The position numbers and the translations under genes were made by a program. From positions 40,610,001 to 40,674,000 of the forward strand of contig NC_042997.1 in the NCBI RefSeq assembly GCF_006345805.1: DNA of 64,000 nucleotides. Direction: 5' to 3'. Below are positions 38,165 through 51,399 of the stretch, piece by piece; positions within the stretch are counted from its first letter, which is position 1, and every line of letters starts with the position of its first letter. Origin of the DNA: Octopus sinensis (Eukaryota). The notes beneath the pieces are model-generated. The model saw only the letters and a program-made list of their open reading frames with translations. It made no database searches and was not told where the DNA came from.

Positions 38165-38560
38165 AGGTTCAACCATTTGTCCTGGTAACTTGAGAAGTGC
38201 TAGACAGCCTCTGTAGTATGGCACTGCTGCGATATGTACAACACTTCTACTAGATATCCTCAGTTATCTCCTTCGAAGGGTGGGGTTGCTTATATTGAAA
38301 GTAATAAACTCGTATAACTTAGTGGTGTCCGGCTGGACTTAAGTGCAGCTTTGACTTGGCGACGGAAATGTTCCACCATACTGCTTGTTGGTAGATTATA
38401 AGCGGTAATACGAATTCGAATGCGAACTGAGTCTCTATGAGTTGTGATGGCCGCTGGTGTACTATAACCGGAAGTCCACCGGTCAATTTACAAACCTCTT
38501 AGCAAGTATCTCAGCTGTTGTGTCGGTTGGATAAATAAGCTCCTAGCTATCTGCTATTTC
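38165..38560 (-). pseudogene. Decayed Gypsy-type LTR retrotransposon integrase fragment
   Basis: Minus strand PTDTTAEILAKRF, RIRITAYNLPTSSMVEHFRRQVKAALK (cf. RTTAYHP..NG.VERFHRQLKAAL) and LKLPGQMVEP (cf. LRLPGEF). Confidence 0.65.
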
Positions 38561-38604
38561 CTTCCAAATTTGAAATCAAATTGAAACAACACTATGACAC
38601 TTCT

Positions 38605-38656
<52 letters not shown>

Positions 38657-38863
38657 TTTTATATCACATTATACACTTATCTGCACGTATTTCTGTATTA
38701 TATTCAAGACAGGAGTTTATAATTCTTTATTACTCATCTATGTCTTACTTCGAATAATAACGTTTCTTAATTTATTAATGTTTCAATATTGTCTCCTGCC
38801 CGAAATCTGAGTCCTTGTGCCTTTAGTAAAAAGGATTGTTATTATTACTATCATTATTATTAT

Positions 38864-39562
38864 TCAGTAGTATATTTTTTTATATTTTTTATATCGTGCT
38901 TTCACTTCACTACCGAGCGCAGCTCTGTGTGCCTTGGGTATGTGCTGTGATTTTTTGTGATGCTCTGATGGTTATTGTATGGAAAGTGTTCTGCATAGGA
39001 TGTGTGCAGTGCCTAGTAGTGCAATTTTCTGTATGTTATATGTGTTTGTAAGTCCTGGTGTTTTTGTTATGTATTTGTCAGAAGATTTTTTATCATGCCT
39101 AATGCACCTACTATGATAGGAATTGTTTCTGTTTTTAGATTCCACATTCTAGTTACCTCTATTTCCAGGTCTTTGTATTTTGAGAGTTTCTCCATTTCTT
39201 TTAGAGACACGTTGTCATCTGCCGGTATTGATACATCAATTAGAAAGCATTTTTATTCTTCATGATCTCTGACAACTATATCTGGTCTGTTGGCCTTAAT
39301 TTCTCTATCTGTGTGTATCGGCATATCCCAGAGTATGGTTGCTTTCTCGTTTTCTGTGACCTTTTCTGGTGTGTGCCTATACCATCTTTTTTCTGTTGTT
39401 ATTCCATAATGTTGGCATAGCTTCCAATGTATGTAGGTTCCAACTCTGTCATGTCTGTGAATATATTCCTTCTTAGCCAGGACTGGGCAGCTAGAGATAA
39501 TATGATTTATTGTTTCTTGTCCATCTCCACATATTCTGCAGTTACTTGTAATATTTCTTTTC
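38864..39562 (-). mobile_element. R4/Dong-clade LINE 3' fragment (CCHC knuckle, restriction-like endonuclease, 3' UTR)
   Basis: CRICGDGQETINHIISSC...RHDRVG...WDMPIHTDREIKANRPDIVV...LIDVSIPAD...EKLSKYKDLEIE; ends ctactg(aat)n. Confidence 0.9.
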
Positions 39563-39600
39563 ATTATTATTATTATTATTATTATTATTGTTATTATTAC

Positions 39601-39644
<44 letters not shown>

Positions 39645-39935
39645 TATTATTATTATTAAGCTGGTGAACTGGCAGAATCGTTAGTCCGTCATTGCGTTCT
39701 GAGTTCAAGTGCCACTGAGGTCGACTTTCCTTTCATCCTTTCGGGATCGATAAGTACCAGTTGAATACTGGGGTCGATGTAATCGACTTATCCCCTACGT
39801 CGAACCTACTGACCTTGTTCCAAAATTTGAAATCATTTAGACTATACTAGGAAAAGCCGTTATAAACTAAATTATTATTACTATCATTATAATTAAGGTG
39901 ATGCACTGGCATCATCATCATCATCATCATCATCA

Positions 39936-39966
<31 letters not shown>

Positions 39967-39984
39967 CATTATTATTATTATTAT

Positions 39985-40405
39985 TGAGTGAGAGAGCAGT
40001 GCATGTCATCATGTGAACTGGGGTAAAATATACGAAGCCCAGTATACCCATCATGACAACCCGTCTGATAAGGGTACATCAGGCACATGCATCACAACCA
40101 TATGTGCGCGACATGGTGATCTCATATCAAGATAAACAGTGCATAACCTTGCATGTGGAGCACAGTTAGAATTTTCTTCTTGTCGAGTAACCCATCCCGC
40201 TCAAAAGTTCCCTGAATAAAGATTTTTAGGTGTGTTGAACGAACCACCCATGTTTCCAAAGTTGAATTATCCAAACCTCTAAGAATTCCTTTCAACACAT
40301 GCTCCCCAACTACTTCTGCTCATGATCAGAAATGCACATATCGTCAGCCACTAAGGGACATGCTCAACTGATTAAGGTCAAACAACTGACAAGCAAATCT
40401 GAAAG
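39985..40405. repeat. Unclassified interspersed repeat
   Basis: Higher-GC segment bounded by (ATT)n with SINE-like character; only one copy in the window. Confidence 0.35.
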
Positions 40406-40539
40406 AATCGTTAGTACGCTGGACGAAATACTTAGCGGTATTTCACCCGTCGCGGTGTCAATATAATCGACTCCTACCCAGCTCTCCCAAGCTGCCCTTG
40501 AATCAAAAATTTGAAATAATAATAATATTGATAATAATA

Positions 40540-40580
<41 letters not shown>

Positions 40581-40604
40581 ATGATGATGATGACGATGAT
40601 GATC

Positions 40605-40639
<35 letters not shown>

Positions 40640-40656
40640 TATTATTATTATTATTA

Positions 40657-40695
<39 letters not shown>

Positions 40696-41788
40696 CTATA
40701 GTGGGTGATATGGAAGGTGCGAAAATTTATTAACTTCATTAATCTCATTAACTTCATTAACTGAATAAGTTTGCGGCTGCATCTTGGATATCTAAGGGCT
40801 ACAATGTCTGTAGTCTCTGGTAATCTCCTGCTCTTGGACTGCAAATGTGTGTATGTGCAGATAGTTGTATCTATATATTGCATAATCCCATGGCGCTTAA
40901 ATATTAATCTACCTACATATACAAACATAAATACATTATAATACATCCCTGATTATGTACACAAAATTAAGTTAATCAGCACATGTTTAGTTTTGCTACG
41001 TTTCGTTTACATTTCCATGGCCTCTGGTATACTCAACCAAATCTGCATCCTGTTTGTATTCATTGTGCAATATTGCAGATAAATGCCTTCATTTAGTGTA
41101 TATTGGGAAAAGCCTTTATCGAATTAATCAACGTTAATGATCACATAACTTTGAAATAATCTTCTAGTAACCCGCATTATATATTTCATCCTAATCATCT
41201 ATGACTTAATTATATTTCCTGATGACGAAAATATAACAGAAATATAGAGGAAGGAAGAGCAAATCAAATTCAACGGGAGAATTTATTCAATGTGGAAACA
41301 TCAAGGTTAATTAATTGCAAATCTTCAAGATGCTGTTACCTTTATGTTTATGCATAGGTATTGGTATAAATACGCGAATGAAAATACATGGATTTTTTTT
41401 CTCTTGTGTTATCGTTTCGGGAGTGAAAGTGTGTGTTAGCGATTGCAAGTGTTGTGTTATTTGTGGCTGCTACAGATGGATAATAGATAATATTTATGTA
41501 ACGGCAATATACTCTAGTTGGTGTGTCAGTTCCCCTATCCACGGAACCCACAATGATTTGGATTCTACTGTATCAGGATTGCTCATTTAACACTATAGAT
41601 AAAACAGATTCAAATTAACCTCAGCTCTATATACAAATTTACAAGGGTAGTGGGTTGCCAGACACACGTGTTTGTGTGTGTGTGCGCGTGTGTGTGTGAG
41701 ACTCTGTGTGTGTGTGTGTGTGTGTGCGCGTGTTTGTATGCACCTGGGTGCGTATGTTACCTATTTGATGTTCTAATATGATGTTATT

Positions 41789-42174
41789 AGTGGAGGCGCA
41801 ATGGCCCAGTGGTTAGGGCAGCGGACTCGCGGTCGTAGGATCGCGGTTTCGATTCCCACACCGGGCGTTGTGAGTGTTTATTGAGCGAAAACACCTAAAA
41901 AGCTCCACGAGGCTCCGGCAGGGGATGGTGGTGATCCCTGCTGTACTCTTTCACCACAACTTCCTCTCACTCTTATTTCCTGTTTCTGTTGTACCTGTAT
42001 TTCAAAGGGCCGGCCTTGTCACTCTCTGTGTCACGCTGAATATCCCTGAGAACTACGTTAAGGGTACACGTGTCTGTGGAGTGCTCAGCCACTTACACGT
42101 TAATTCCACGAGCAGGCTGTTCCGTTGATCGGATCAGCCGGAACCCTCGACGTCGTAACCGACAGAGTGCTTCC
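41789..42174 (+). mobile_element. SINE family B, full length
   Basis: Head ggaggcgcaatggcccagtggttagggcagcgg...gtttcgattcc; 11-bp TSD atgatgttatt at 41778-41788 and 42175-42185. Confidence 0.92.
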
Positions 42175-42427
42175 ATGATGTTATTGTTAGGTGTAACTGG
42201 ATCTTTTGTCGGTCAGAATAATCTGTTGCTGTAATGAGGCATACTGAACGCATTAGATGCGGTAGTGATGTAGTAAAAGCACAACTCATAGACTGCAAAA
42301 CTGATATGGTCTTCGGCACATTATCCATGCTTTTTAAAGCTGAGACTTTTGCTAAAAAGGTAACTGAGACCCGAGTCTGTAACAAAGGATGTAAATGTCG
42401 ATTTCAATGATTAAACATTACGAGGTG

Positions 42428-42461
<34 letters not shown>

Positions 42462-42809
42462 TTGTTTTTGTATTAGAAAATATGAGCTCAATCTGAACGA
42501 CTAATGTATTTTTGCTGGCAGTAGAAAAAATCGCCGAGAATATTTAACACCACAAATTACTGGTAGCACATTCTTTCTTCTTCATGTTTCTGCAGTTTAG
42601 TGTCTAATGAAAGACAAAGAAGGACACTTTAAAGAAGAGTAGGCGTTTTCTGTTGAAAGACCTGTACGTATGCAGATGTCGGTTTATTGTGTGAGTGCGT
42701 TTATAGTAGTTAAGTGTTCTGTATAAATCGTAGCTTCGCATAAAACAGCAGCCTTCTGCTTTTCATTTCGTCGTGCTATAGCCTGGTCACTCAAATGAGT
42801 TAGATTCTT

Positions 42810-43180
42810 GGTGGATGGAAGCACTCCGTCGGTTACGACGATGAGGGTTCCGGTTGATCCGAATCAACGGAACAGCCTGCTCGTGAAATTAACGTGTAAG
42901 TGGCTGAGCACTCCACAGACACGTGCACCCTTATCGTAGTTCTCGGGGATATTCAGCGTGACACAGAGAGTGACAAGGCCGGCCCCTTGAAATACAGGTA
43001 CAACAGAAACAGGAAGTAAGAGTGAGAGAAAGTTGTGGGGAAAGAGTACAACAGGGATCACCACCATCCCCTGCCGGAGCCTCGTGGAACTTTTTAGGTG
43101 TTTTCGCTCAATAAACACTCACAACGCCTGGTCTGGGAATCGAAACCGCTGCCCTAACCACTGGGCCATTGCGCCTCCAC
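42810..43180 (-). mobile_element. SINE family B, full length
   Basis: 12-bp TSD agttagattctt at 42798-42809 and 43181-43192. Confidence 0.92.
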
Positions 43181-43373
43181 AGTTAGATTCTTAAGCAGTG
43201 CAGGAACCGTGATGTAACTTTGTCTAAGCCTTGCAAGACTTTAATGTTTAGACTTTAAGGAAGTAATTCTTATCACCTATTTTAGATGATAAATGGCGAG
43301 AGCTAAAAGTTTTTTACAAATATCGGGTTTGTTTGATACTGCAATAATTGAGTTTCTAACTACACAGTGATAA

Positions 43374-43453
<80 letters not shown>

Positions 43454-43980
43454 TGTGTGTGAGCGTGTATATGATGTATGTATATATATGTGTGTGTATG
43501 TGTGTGTGTGTGTGTGTGAGCTTGTATATGATGTATGTATATATATGTGTGTGTGTAGACACGGATATATAGATAGATATATAAATCTTTACACATACAT
43601 ACATATGTGTGTGTATATATATACCTGAATGTATGTATGTATATGTATTGAGAATTTTGAGAATTCAAATCAACTGATTTCTATAAGTAGCACGTTCGGT
43701 TAATAAATTGCTAACGCATTGGCTATGTTCGATTTTTATGCAACAAGACCACGAAATAAAGAGCATAGATTTCATCCTAACGTAGTTAGTTGCCGACGAA
43801 TTATCAAAAGTGATTTAATTCTCTCCAACCGATCTCTCCATCCTGTTGGCGAAGATAGCTTATAAAAAGAAAATCGTTTGCGATTGTTCAGTAATTTTAA
43901 GTAACTTTAATTTAAGCACATAGTTTATTAATTAGTAGAATGCTGGATGAATTCGTGGCCGTGTAACTTCAGGAGACCTT

Positions 43981-44562
43981 TCGGATCTTTGTGGTTTTCG
44001 TCACTGTTTACAATTATCTTTAAAAAAATTTTAATGTATCATATAAATGTAATTTTTGACGCTGAATCCGAATTTGTAATTCATTTATTCCAGAAAAACT
44101 TTGCAAAAAAGTTACAGGTGTTCAAAGTTTGAAAATTTTCAGAATTTTCAGCCAATCAGAAAACAGCGCGTTCGCTGTGTCTTTCATCATGGGGGAGGGG
44201 AAGGGGCATCGCCATGTCAACACATTGCTAGAAATAACAGTCAAAACATTCAAATATACACGAATGAATTGAACATTAAAACGTTCGCGAGCAAATTAAA
44301 TATTTAAAAGCTACGAACAAACAAACCAACAGGAGTTGCTAGAAATAACAGTCAAATCATTTATTAGTTTTAAAATATTCAAGAACGAAAGTTTACAATG
44401 CACTCTAGGATTTTATAAAATAAACTAGCTGGTTCTGTGCTGTCAAAAATGACGGCTAATTGTAGTATTTTATATATAAGTATGGATGGCAAATCAAATT
44501 AATTCGCTTGTCAATGTTATCTAGTTGTTGCTTTTGAGATGTGACATCGATCATCGTTTGTT

Positions 44563-44593
<31 letters not shown>

Positions 44594-45007
44594 TTCACAT
44601 ACCGCCCTTTTACATGCACACACATATACTCACACAGATTTGGAACACTCCCACTACCAGTTTGCCATCACCCATTCCTTTCTCATTCGTATGTTGTGAC
44701 GGAGAAAAACACTGGAGCATTGTTATAGTAGAGGATTATCTTCCTCGTATCTCCTACTCCTCCTTGTGCGCATGCGCAACATCTTTGGTTACTATGGAAA
44801 CAGATTTTCGCCACGGTGATGTGTAAAGTACTTGCTCTGGTTGGCTAAAATACCCAAATTTTGCCAATTTTAAAGGCTAATAACTTTTTTAATAATGGAT
44901 TTATAAGGAAAATGAATTTCATTTTCATAACTAGTATGCAAAACACAATCCGTATACCAAATTTGAAAACAACTGGAACAAAACTGACGAAAACCGCAAA
45001 GATCCGA
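43981..45007. mobile_element. ~1.03-kb non-autonomous TIR element
   Basis: TIRs tcggatctttgtggttttcgtca (43981) and tgacgaaaaccgcaaagatccga (ending 45007); CTT on both flanks. Confidence 0.65.
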
Positions 45008-45922
45008 CTTTTGCAAAACTTCTGCTGCAGTATTTAACTGTTGCCTCTCTGAGCGGGAAACAATCAAAGACAGCTAACCAATAGCCATTGATCTCATTTG
45101 TGTTTCATACAGGTATTTTTTATATATTTAGAACAGCCAGAAGTAGCCAATAAGCTATTGGCTTTCTTTACTCTTCGCTCTCTTACAACAAAACAATTTT
45201 TTTCTGAAACTCCAAATTGTAATGGCGAACAAAAACTTAATACGCAGAATTTATGATTACTAACCAAGTATTCCAGCTACTGTTTCATATTGCTTGTGTT
45301 ACTTTCTTTCTTTTATCGCTCTCGTTGTTATTATCTACTTTATTTCTTGGTTTTCTAAAGTATTTTTAAAAAACATATCTCATGAATGAGAGAATTATGT
45401 GCTTTCTTTAAATAGATCGCAAAATGGCCTTTTTATTGACTAGCACGAAATAAAGATGTCATATCATTTTTGATGGATATTGTGCACAATATCATATGTC
45501 TAGTGTTCTTTTCATAATGACTATTATTTAACTCATAGATTAGGATAGCACTGCAAATCGATTTATGAATTTCTATTGTTGGGCTACTATTTTTGCATAA
45601 GTATATATATATGTGTGTGTATTTATATTTATATATATATATATATAATATATATATATATATATAATAATATATAATGAAATATAGTGTTTGTTCCATT
45701 ATTTTAAAAAGCGGGCACTGCGTGTTTTACTATATAACCGTCTTACTATATAACCATCAACCTACCTACATAATAGATACATATATACATACATGCTCAC
45801 ATGCATGCATTGATGCATATACATATAAGTCTATCTGCGTATTTATTTATATGTCTGTGTATATATACAAGTATATGTATTTTGGTAAATGTCTTTAGAT
45901 TATAATATAATCATTATATTAT

Positions 45923-46009
<87 letters not shown>

Positions 46010-46019
46010 ATATATATAT

Positions 46020-46354
46020 GAAGGCGCATGGCTCAGTGGTTAGAGCGTCGAGCTTACGATCGTGAGGTTGTGAGCTCGAATCCCGGACCGGGCTGCGTGT
46101 TGTGTTCTTGAGCAAGGCACTTTATTTTCACGTTGCTCCAGTTCACTCAGCTGTAGAAATGAGTTGCGACGTCACTGGTGCCAAGCTGTAATACCTTTGT
46201 CTTTCCCTTGGATAACACTGGTGGCGTGGAGAGGGGAGGCCGGTATGCATGGGCGACTGCTGGCCTTCCATAAACAACCTTGCCCGGACTTGTGTCTAGG
46301 AGGGTAACTTTCTAGGTGCAATCCCATGGTCATTCATGACCGAAGGGGGTCTTT
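46020..46354 (+). mobile_element. tRNA-derived SINE family D, full length
   Basis: Head ggcgcatggctcagtggttagagcg...gagctcgaatcccgg, CORE-like gtgttcttgagcaaggcactttat, distinct tail ...catgaccgaagggggtct; inserted in (TA)n. Confidence 0.88.
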
Positions 46355-46446
46355 ATATATATATACATATGTATGATGTATGTATGTATGTTTGTATGTA
46401 TGTATATATAAATATATATATGTATACATATGTGTGTTTATATATG

Positions 46447-46487
<41 letters not shown>

Positions 46488-46560
46488 ATATAAATATATA
46501 TATATGTATGTATATATATATATATGTATATACATATGTATATATATATATATATATTAT

Positions 46561-46602
<42 letters not shown>

Positions 46603-48089
46603 TATATATATATAATATATATATATATACAGCGGTGGAGACAAAGAGAAAAAAAGGAAGACACAGATAAATAAATTTCTAAAAGAATGGAACAATCTTG
46701 TATTTTTTCGATACTGCAATTTATAGTAATCAGTTATGAAGCAGACTGTAAGATTATTTCTTTTTCTGTTTTATGCCCTTTAGCGCCTCAAGTGCATTTC
46801 ACACAAAAGTTTGAATCACCTATTTCTTCTTAAATATAATTCCTTAACCGTGAATAATTCATATATCTAATCTAATCTTATCACAAGTACCTTAAAATAT
46901 CCAATTAAAGGAAATATACTAACAGAATTTTAAAGTCTTCAGAATAATTTTTCGTTGATAATATTTCTTTTTGTTGCCTGTGTATAAAAATTACTTACAC
47001 TAAATATTTAAATATGCCTTTATTACTTAAAACTGTATTGTCTTTTAATTTCTAAAAGTATTTTAAAACAAGGTCTGAGTTTCTATGGGAGGAAAAAAGA
47101 GTAGAATATCTTTTGTTTTGATAGTTCGATTGTTTTTTTCCGTATTACAGTAGAAACAACAAATCTTGTCTGTATAGCAAATGTTTCTAATTAATATAAT
47201 TTCCTTTTCAGTAATATCATCAAGCTGTCAGGCTGTAATCAGTTTTGTCTGAAATGATTAGTCAGTACAATTGGTTCTTTTGAATTGTCTGTGGTTGAGA
47301 GGCAGTGATTAATTGTTGAGTTGTACAATCCGGTGTTTTGAATTAATGTTTGTACTGCTAAGTATAGGCTGGAAGTTTTAGAGAAGGGATACAGTTCTCA
47401 GTTGGAAAGATCCGGCTGGGTATTATTAGAAAATCCGAGATGGTATGAAAAGAGAAGTAATAAATTCATGTGGTAGAGAGAGAAAGAAAGAGAGAGAAAG
47501 AGAAAGCGCAAGAGAGAGAGAGAGAGCGTCTAGGGGAGAATGAGATAATGTGGACAATTCCATTGAATTTGAAATCATTTAATATCGGCTGGAAATATAA
47601 AACAGGAATAACAGCTGATTATCTTGAAAAAGTATTGACCTACAAAACGAAGGTCAGTTCGTATTTTGTTATGAGCATTGCCCTTTATTTGTGATCAAGA
47701 TACTTAATTCTAAACGTCAGTCTAATTAGGTATCCTGTGGAAGAAACAATTCCCTGATTTTAAGTAGCTACTGTACCACAAAATAAACAGGCGTTTCAAT
47801 AGTTTGTGGGATCAAATTCACCTCAGTTGAGAAATTGGTTTTAAGGAGGATCTTATTCTAAATATGCTTCATGGAGTTGAAAACTACTCTGATGCATGCT
47901 ACGTTAAGGTACTCGCTACGAAATATAATTTTGTGTTTATATAAGTTTTTGCATTATGTTTTCAGAAATTGTAATTTTAAAGTGAATTTTGAATGTTTGT
48001 GTGTGATATAACCTTCATTAAAGTAAATAAAAATTAAAATAGTTTCATAAATATAAATTTGTATTATTTATAGTTAATATATATGTATG

Positions 48090-48152
<63 letters not shown>

Positions 48153-48572
48153 ATTATATATATATATATATATTATATATATATATATATATATATTTAG
48201 TCTTGCTATTATGGTACCTATATTTGGAAGGTTTAAATTCTTCATAAAAGGGTTGGATTTAAACTGCCCCTTCCTCTATCTATAAATAGAAAAATTCTTG
48301 ATTCTCTCCACTGAACTTAATAGAAAACCCCCTCCCCATTGGTAAATCTAAATAACAAAGTGAACTCAGTGATTAAAAAATGTGCCCATGAGTTAAGATC
48401 TTCTACTACCATGTTTTTCTGGATGAAATTCACCTCGCTGCCTATATGCCTACTCTCTTTGTAATATTGGCAAATGGAATAAGTACAAAAATGAACATTT
48501 TAATAATTCCATATGTGGCTGAAGAGTGCTCTACATTTTAAAACTGATGTAATACTTACATTGTTTAATTAA

Positions 48573-48738
48573 ATGAAGTAGCATGAAACGATTGTACTAT
48601 ACTATCTTAGGATATCCTTGTTGCTTATTTTGATTATAATCACCCCATTTTGAATTATATGGATAATACCATACCAAATTCTGGTGCCTTTAACTTAAGT
48701 ACCATATTCATCTGAATCTAAATTTTTGCTGAACTTAT
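48573..48738. mobile_element. Short MITE-like repeat, second partial copy at 28646-28735
   Basis: Shared tgaagtagcatgaaac...ttattttgattata; the right end ctgaatctaaatttttgctgaactta is the reverse complement of the 28646 left end. Confidence 0.65.
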
Positions 48739-48954
48739 ATATATATATATATATAATATATATATAATAATTATAAATAAGGGTTAAATGCAACAAGTTG
48801 CTCAAAACCACATACCGAAATTTTATTAAATTAATTATATTCCACCCTTTATTGCATATATATATATATATATATATAGGTGTGTGTATGTATTTATCAA
48901 ACTATCTATCAATCTATCTATATGCATATATATATCACTCTCTCCATTTCTGTG

Positions 48955-48986
<32 letters not shown>

Positions 48987-49433
48987 TTTACATACTGTCT
49001 ATTGTATTGTCACATGAATTCATTTTGCCAAATTATTGATCGGTTCTGTTAATCCAACATCCAATTCCTCAAGTACATTCTAAGAAAATTACTTCTCAGC
49101 GTGGTATAATTAACTGATTTTTTTCCCCAGTATTCGATATTACCATTTCCATTTTTAAATGCCATATTTTTGAAGTTTCTGAACTCTTTTTCGATTATTT
49201 CCTGAGGTTTTTTTATATGATACATCTCAAAGAAAGTCTATTCTCAGCCTCCATACATATATGTAGAACATATTCGTAGAAATTCATTACCTATGTCTCT
49301 CTATCTCTCTTTATCCCCCTCTCTCTCTCTCTTCCTCTCTTCATGCATCTAACCCTCTTCATCTAATCCTCCTCCTCTCTCCTCTCTTCCTCTCACACCT
49401 ACTCCCAACTTTACTATATATATATATACACAC

Positions 49434-49509
<76 letters not shown>

Positions 49510-49588
49510 TATATGTATATATATATGTATATATATGTATATATATGTGTGTGTGCGTATATATATAGAGAGAGAGGGGAGATCGATC

Positions 49589-49624
<36 letters not shown>

Positions 49625-50276
49625 TAGTGTGTGTGTGTATGTGTGTATGTGTGTGATTCATTCTTCTCCACGTAAGATTCCCGTCTTCTTGTGCTTTCTT
49701 ATTGTCAATGGCATTTCTGACTTTCAGTAGATGCAGTGACAAACGAGATCATCGTAAAGAAAGATTTGTTCGTCTTTGGGTGACGTACCACTCTTTGGGT
49801 CTCCGTGATTAGTACCTAATAAACATGGGAAAGCGAGATTGTCGCTTCGCTCTCCTAGAATGATGCTGTAACAACAACTAAAGAACCCTTACACCCGATA
49901 GTTTTAAAGCGCATCCTGACACCTACCAAGGTGTTTCTGCGTCCCTGCGCTCAGATGGAATGTCGTCACGTGTGCTAGTTAGCCCATAACTGGAACACGA
50001 ACAGGTATTTGTATTCCAGGTCAGAATAGATTGGATAGAATACTGGCTAAGAAGTGGTTCTATACTCCTCAAAACCATTGAATTTCCTAACCACCAGAAT
50101 CCCACTACCTGATGCAGTTGAAAGTCATAGCCCGGCCGGATATATACATTCATATACATGCAAGCATGCATCCATGCATCCATGCATACATACATACATA
50201 CATACATACATACATACTCCCCACCACTGCCAGATATATGAAGTTGTGTGCATCTTTGTACGAGTATACCAAATAT

Positions 50277-50567
50277 CACGTGATCACGTGACCGACCAGA
50301 CCATCAGATGTTGTTACACATCGCTGGTCACAATGCGTTCGCATTGTTTTAGCCTTCGAATGACGCCACCCCGCTGGCTAAGCGAGCAGGCCAACAGAAG
50401 AAAGAGTGGGAGAAAGAGTGGTGAAAGAGTACAGCAGGGATCACCACCCCCTGCCGGAGCCTCGTGGAGCTTTTTTGGTGTTTTCGCTCAATAAACACAC
50501 ACAACGCCCGGTCTGGGAATCGAAACCGCGATCCGCTGCCCTAACCACTAGGCCATTGCGCCTCCAC
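50277..50567 (-). mobile_element. SINE with family B head and body but tail F
   Basis: 11-bp TSD ataccaaatat at 50266-50276 and 50568-50578 brackets the whole unit. Confidence 0.9.
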
Positions 50568-51399
50568 ATACCAAATATACGATTGTATATTTTATGAATG
50601 TACATGCAGTATTACCATTTTGTAGAGTTTTATTTTCTATTTTTAAATATACTATTAGTATCAACAACCAGACCATAGAGTTCAATGAATTATTTTCATT
50701 TTATTATTACCTATAAAACAGAATAAGCGGTACAATAACATTTTAATGTGTTTTTATAGGGTGTATGTAGCTCTCTCCGAAACTTTAATAACATACGTTG
50801 ATTGCAAAAGACAGAAATCCAGAAAAAATTGTGAAAAGGTTTTCACAGAATTATTTTTTCATTTACTTTTCGTAAATATGACAGCTATTCTATGAAGATG
50901 TCTGGAAGATGTCTGAAGATAATATTTAAAATGTCATGTATATTAATTTTATATAAGAGAGACACTGATGCCGTCTTGTTTTTTTTCTTCATAGTGTTGA
51001 ATTAAGCGTCCAATATCTACCCCTCACGCTTACCGCATACTAAAGACCTACGTTTACTGTTTATTCGATTTGTTCGCTTGACTGCAAATAAATGCGGTTA
51101 TTCTGCGTCTGACAGTATTGCTTAGAGCTTATCATACGACTGGATGCTATCATAAAAATGTGACGTGTATGTGAAGTTCGACATTTCATACAAGAGATTT
51201 AACAACAGCATAACGCCTACCTGAATCTAATCATACAATTACATATCTTACTAATATAATAAATACTTTGAAAATATACTTTTTGAAATTGTATTCTGAG
51301 CGAAAGAACATTATATATAATGCAGTTATTAAAAAAAATTGGACGTTTCTTATCAAACGAAGAACAATATTTCAGTAGTAGCCAGTCTTTTGGATTTTA

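Noticed and set aside
41219-41232. CTGATGA-C-GAAA
   Set aside because: There is no room for stem II and no stem I or III; chance match.
41792-41865. tRNA genes at SINE heads (also 46020, 14993, 35152)
   Set aside because: The A and B boxes continue into SINE bodies with TSDs; no complete cloverleaf was seen.
47200-47460. Penelope RT fragment (FQPILSS motif)
   Set aside because: The similarity is too short and degraded to support.
49670-49756. Plus-strand micro-exon or minus-strand ORF near 49700
   Set aside because: The splice-like motifs can be joined into frames only by overfitting; no homology.
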